64,000 bases of DNA from Setoptus koraiensis (Eukaryota; Animalia; Arthropoda): positions 20,336,001 through 20,400,000 of the forward strand of contig CM106586.1 of assembly GCA_048013815.1 (NCBI GenBank). Direction: 5' to 3'. The notes beneath the pieces are model-generated. The model was not told the origin of the DNA and made no database searches. It worked only from the letters and a program-made list of their open reading frames with translations. Positions 58,232-64,000 of the stretch are shown here, piece after piece (the stretch's first letter is position 1; every line of letters begins with the position of its first letter). The translations under genes and the position numbers were made by a program.

Positions 58232-61200
58232 GTGAGTTTGTCACAGCACAGCCGAGTGACATTGCAATAATGACATTGTCACATCACATTGCTGCCTCAT
58301 CTAATCTGACACTTGACTGCTTGTGATGCAATATTTTGAGAGCTAACAAGTTGTAGGTTTACCTTGTGACTCACAACTTGTGAGTCACAACTTGTGACTC
58401 ACAAGTGTGCGCAGCGTTGCCGCTCGCGCGCCGGCCAACAAAACACAACAAAACACAACAAAACACAACAAAACATGATGGCCGGCCGAACTGATCTGGT
58501 TTGGGCGGCCGGTGCACAGGTGAGCGTGGCCACTGTCAGTTGGCACTGCTGACATGTGATTAGTGTGATTAGTGCGATTAGTCTGATTGATGGATGAGCC
58601 GGCCATTCAGTTGGCTGGCCAGTGTGGCGATTATTGGTATGGCGAGATTGGTTTGCGCACTTGCGAGCCGCTGATGCAGTGCCGACAGCCCGACGGTCTG
58701 ACCGGCGGCACGCTGCTAGCCGCGAGCATCGCGCCATCGGCGGCCATCAGCAGCCATGAGCGGCTACGAGCGGCTGCGAGAGCGACCGTCGCCACTAACA
58801 AGTAAGTAAGCCAACAGGTAGCAGGCAACGGGCAACGGGCAGCGGGCAGCGGGCGACGGGCAGCGGGCGACGGGCGCAGGTGAGAGCCGACGGCTCGCCA
58901 GAAAAAGCGCACAAATAAAAGAAGCGGCGAGAAAGGAAACGGCGCTGAGAATAAACAATAAATCATGTCTAATCAGAGGCGCGCTGCTGATTAAGACATG
59001 CGCAGGTTTGTTTTTGTGCCAGTCTCATTGAGTGCTTTTGTTATCGTTTTGTTTGGCGCCGGTGTCCGTTGGCGTCGCCCGCAACTCTCGCCGCTCTCGT
59101 TGCCGTTGTTGCCGGTCGGCCGTTGCTGTCGGTGCGCCAACCGCTCACAGCGGACGGGTCAGAGCGGACGGGTCAGAGCGGACGCGCCGGTGCGGACGCG
59201 TCCGTGTTGCGCAACAAAGCTGCGACACAAATGAAGCGCTGAAAGCGCGTTTGCTTGCCGCCGCTTGCCGCCGCTTGTTAACGCTAATATTGCGGGCGGC
59301 CTAATCGCCATTCTAATATTGCTGGCAAGTGCAATATTAGTCGAGCCACACATCCAACAACAACAACAAACAAACAAAGTTGCCTAATGAGCGTAATGGC
59401 CATAATGAACAATGGCTGTGATTGAGATGATTAGGCCAACGCGGTTGCGGCTGCCGCTGATTGGGGCTCATTCATCATTAGCCATTGTGCACGGTAGTGA
59501 TTGGCCTGCGGGCCGCTCTCTTCCACTTGATGGCGCGGCCGCTTTGCATCGGGCCGCGCCGGCTCGCCATGGCCCGTTGTTCGCCGGGCCACAAACAACG
59601 AGCCGTGGCCATTGTGAATGCGTGCAGGCTCGCATTCGGCCCAGCCCCTGCGCAGCTCGCCATGACTAGCTTGGCAGAGCTAGCTCGCCACGACTAGCTC
59701 GCCATGACTGGCTTGCCATGACTGGCTTGACAGAAGTAGCGACAGGAGGAAGTGATCTTGATCAGGAGATCAACAGATGATAAGCAGCGCGCAGACGAGC
59801 TTTGTGTGGCTGGCGCTTTGTTTGCGCCATTTGCGGCACTGTCGGCATTCGCGGTATTTGGAGCATTCGCGAGCATTTCGGAGTTGCATTGTGGCGGCCG
59901 AGTGGCGCGCCGAAAGTGTTTGTGCGCGACTATTTTGTGGCGTAATATTGGCCTGATTTCGGCCAGATTTTGGTGGGACGGGGCTCGAGAAATTCATAAT
60001 AATATCGCTTGCACAATCGTACGAATCGTACGAATCGCATGAATCGCATGAATCGCATGAATCGCATGAATCGTATGAATGTGAATACGAGCCCGGATAG
60101 ACAATGGCGCACGATGGGCCACGCATGAATAGCGCATGAATACCGCACGCCAATGAACACAATGGCCACCACAATCATTATTGCGTAATGTACACACACT
60201 GTTGGCGCACAAGTTATGCAATAACCAGCCAGTAATGCAATAAAAGCTCTGCTGCTTGACGGCTGCTCTGCTGTTTGACAGCGGCGCTGGCCAGCAGCGG
60301 CAAGTGGCCGCTGTCAAAATAGCGCCAGCTTCCGGTGAGCGGCCGCCGGCTGGAACCGTCAGCTCTAATAATAACAATAATGATAAGAATGCCCCGCTAA
60401 TGGTGACTAATGGACCGACCGTCGGCTTCCACCAATCGTCGCCAATCAAGCCTGCGCGCGCGTCCACGCTCGCCCGCTCTCGGCCGCTCTCGGCCGCGCA
60501 ACTCACCTGCGCAACCGCTCACCTGTCGCCTGTCACACCGACTGGCCACCGTGGCCGTCGTCGCGGGCTGCCGAGAGGCTCGCCTCTCACTCCCGCGAGA
60601 GAGTCTCTGTCACTCGTAGGGCGACTCTGTTGCGAGGAGCGCTCATTGTGCTCGCTAATTCAACGTTAATACTGGCCGTCAGAGTCCATTAGCGCGCCGC
60701 GTCGCGGACAGTGACATATGCGGCCGGGCCGGCGATTGTTTGGCGCGGCGCCCCGTTGCCGGCGCGCCAAACCACCGCGCCAAACCACCGCGCAAACAAT
60801 CGCGCAAACAATCGCGCAAACAATCGCGCAAACAATGCGCAGCAAACATGCACAGCAGACAGGTTGTCGGCGGCCGCCGGCGTTCGTCGCAACATGCAAA
60901 TGGCTTCGTCGCGACGAGCGGCGGCCCGGATCGTTGCGACGAGCGGCCGCCGGGATTGTGGCGGGTTCGTCCATTTGTCGGCACCGCTCACGGCCGCGGC
61001 CCGCAGCCAGCCGGTGCCCGGGCAGCGCAAAAACGGAAGCCAGCCTCGCCAGTGACCGGCTCGGCGCAGCCGAGCGCCACCATCAGCTGCACAGGCGAAC
61101 AGCTGACTGGCGGTTGACAGTTGGCGCTATTGGGCGCAAGTCGCCTGAGTGACCGGCGGACATTGTCAGCCGGTCAGCCGGTCAGGCGAGCTGTCGTGCC

Positions 61201-61891
61201 GTTGTTGGCGCACAATGTTGCCGCACAGACATGGAGACGACACTGGCCACACTTAGACACTGGCCAGTTAATGACTGTCGGCTGCAACAGTCACAGAGAA
61301 TCTCGAATCTCCACACACTTTGCGCACAAATGAGCACGATGACGCAACATCCGCGCCGCTGGGAACTCACTCTCGCTCTCGTCGGCAGTGTTGAGCGCCA
61401 TTAGTGGCCGGCGGCCGCACTGACACTTGCGCAACAGGTGAATCACAGTTCACCTGTTGGCGAGTGTCAGTTCACCTTGTGTTGCAGTGTGCAAAAAACT
61501 GGCTGCAGGATTCTCTCTCTCTCAGAAGAGTCTTCTGCCGATCCCACTGACAAGCGCTTGTCGTTCGGACCGGCACCGTTTGCGTTATCCCGAGCGGTAC
61601 CCGCTGCGGCCCGGCGCACTTTGGGCTGGAGCAGGCCGATCGCTGACCGAGCGATTGGGCACGATTTTGCACCGGCCCGTCGGCAGCCGTCGGTGGGTGT
61701 TGGCCGCCATGATCGATGGGCCGTTAATTGCCCGTTGGCGACGTTGCGCATCACCGGAGCGCATGGTGCAATTATCGAGTGGCCACAATGAGTCGCGCCG
61801 GCCGAAGCGGCCCGAAACGGAATGAAATAAAACAAAGAAAGGATTTTCCTTTTGCGCACCTACGCCCTTCAGCGCGCACTCGCCGATTGAC

Positions 61892-61944
<53 letters not shown>

Positions 61945-61945
61945 G
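61892..61945. repeat. Perfect (TTG)18 microsatellite in FAS1 intron 2
   Basis: Read directly. Confidence 0.95.
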
Positions 61946-64000
61946 CGACTGCGCCGGTTGCATGGGCGCCCGATCAAATGTTTGGCCATATTTATAGCCA
62001 GAGCGATGTGTTTATGGCGAACAGGCAGCTGCCTGGGCGCTCACCGGACTCCGGCGACTGCAGCCAACGACAGCGGCAACAACAGCAACGGCAACAACGG
62101 CAACAACAACAACGGCAACAACAGCAACAGCGGACGATTGCGGGCGAAGGCTTCGGGGGCGAGCGAGTCGCTCGCAGCGACCGGCCGGGAAGCGGCCGCA
62201 AGCGGACGGGAGTTTTTTCAATATTATTAATCGTCGGCTTTGCGGCTCAGCGACTTGTGGCCGCTGCGGTGATTAGAGTATGGCACGCGGCGGCTCGCAA
62301 TTGACAGCCGTTCGCTTCGCTCGCCCTTTCGCCGCTTCTCTCGCTCTCTCGCCCTTTTGCGGCTTCTCTGGCAGCTTCTCGTTGGAAGCCTCGCTTTCGA
62401 AGCCGCTCGTCCGAAGCGGCAGGTGCTTGTGGACCGCGAATGGGATTGCGGCGCGTTCGCGCCAGCAAGCCTGCGTGTGCAACTTGTGTGCGATTCGGAA
62501 TTGCGCTCGCCGGATTGGCGAGCCGAATTTGGCTGCCAAAGTGCGAATCGCCCGGCCGCGCGCTCCCGATCGCAACATGGTCTAATCGCCGCACCGTCCA
62601 ATCGCGGCGCCATCCAATCGCAGCGCCGTCCAATCGCAGCGCCGTCTAATCGAACGCATGCACCGAGCTCGGGATCCCGAGCTGAGTGCCCATAAGCCGT
62701 TGGCCGGTGGCTGGGCCGTTCGGGCGGCCGGCGCTGCGCAAGCCGTTGTTTGTTCGCCGGCCGCAGCGGCAAGCCGACAGTGACAGTAACAGTAACAATG
62801 ACGGTAACAGTAACAGTTACGACAGAGGATACGCGACGCAGCAACAAGAACAATGAGCGCTGGCCGTTACGCAACAGTTGCAGTTGTTGCTGGCGGGCAA
62901 CAGTTACAGTTGTTGTTGTCCGGCAACAAATGTTGCCGCATTTCGGCGGCCAGTCGCACCGTTCGGCGGAACAAGAGGAAGCAGACGCATGATAAATAAT
63001 GGACGCTCTTGCGGACGCTCTTGGTTCGTATTGCAGCGAGCCAACAATGCGCGGATCATGCATTCATGTAACATGAATCATATTTCTCGGATCAACAGCG
63101 ACAGCGACGGCGCAACCACGACAGTGCCGTTAATAAGCCCGGTTGCGCAACAAGCGCACTTATTATCACAACAGGCCAGACCGCAAGCGTCGCAGTCGCA
63201 TAATGGTCGCTGGGTTGCGTAACGGCGGGCGCACTTTGAGAGATGCTAATCGAATGACGACGTCAGCGGTGAGAGTGGCCCGGCTAATTGGCTGCAAGTT
63301 GCAACTGTCGCTCGCTCCCATCGCGCGATCTATCAACAATCAGAGATATCAATCAACTGCGACACTGGCGGCAGCAGCGACGACAACGACAGCAACGACA
63401 ACGACAACAACACCGACAACAACAACACCGACGACAACAACACCGACAGCGTCAGCAGGCTCGCCGCAGCGAACAGGTAGCTGCAGTGGCTGTCGCAGAT
63501 TGCATTTGTCAGCGAGTCTAATGAGCTCAGCTCGTTCGTTGGTTTGTTTGTTGCTGTTGTTGCTGTTGCTGTTGCTGTTGCTGTGGTTGTTGCTGTTGCT
63601 GTGGTTGCTGTTGCTGTTGCTGTTGTTGCTGTTGTTGCTTTTGTTGCTTTTGTTGCTGTTGTTGCAGTTTGGCCGTTGCTGCGGCCGCCGGTCGCTAGCT
63701 GCGCCGAGCGGCCTCTCTCGACGGCGCTCTGTCCCACGCACTGGGCCGTGTGCTGCGATCAGCTGACGCGCACCAGTGCCCTCAGTGAGCGGCTGACGCA
63801 AATCGGCTGACGCAAATCAGCTGACAGTGACAGCCGCGCTGACAGCTGACAAATTGTGTCGCGTCACAGCAGCGGCTCAACATGTCACACATGCCACCAG
63901 ATATGGGGCTATTTGCATAATGACGGGCGACATGTCGCACTGGTTTCGCCCGTAATGCCCCGTAATGCCCGGTAACGCCGGCCAACGAAACTAATTAATA

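Noticed and set aside
58232-64000. Further FAS1 exons
   Set aside because: No convincing TxFAPxNxAF-type or HVID-type segment with splice signals; the ALFAPF at ~59815 lacks FAS1 context, so the next exon is probably beyond the window.

Overview
Eukaryotic (arthropod-like) genomic DNA. Intronless housekeeping genes alongside a few very large introns suggest an intron-poor mite, e.g. an eriophyoid; this is inference, not a database match. Genes in order: an intronless classical SDR oxidoreductase (-); a GATA1/2/3 (grain-type) transcription factor (+) with both zinc fingers in one exon, a 14.8-kb intron and a ~540-aa polyQ/H/N tail; ~11 kb of GC-rich repeat-laden non-coding DNA; an AT-rich compact block holding NMD3 (-, apparently lacking its C-terminal NLS/NES tail), YKT6 (+), a deletion-riddled NMD3 pseudogene (-) and an intronless 2101-codon N/Q/S/T-rich orphan (+); then a fasciclin (FAS1) domain gene (+) whose second intron appears to run past the window end. 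Best leads: (1) both resolvable long introns end in A/C-rich ...CAACAG acceptors with no adjacent polypyrimidine tract, a branchpoint-like CTAAY ~75-90 nt upstream and a 99-185 nt AG-free zone, pointing to distant-branchpoint/scanning splicing that may depend little on U2AF; (2) dense C/EBP/PAR-bZIP palindromes (TTGCGCAA and relatives) in non-coding DNA, several multimerised by short tandem duplications; (3) the truncated NMD3; (4) the giant orphan protein. Counts were made by eye and are minimum values. No prokaryotic features, CRISPR array, tRNA or rRNA were found.
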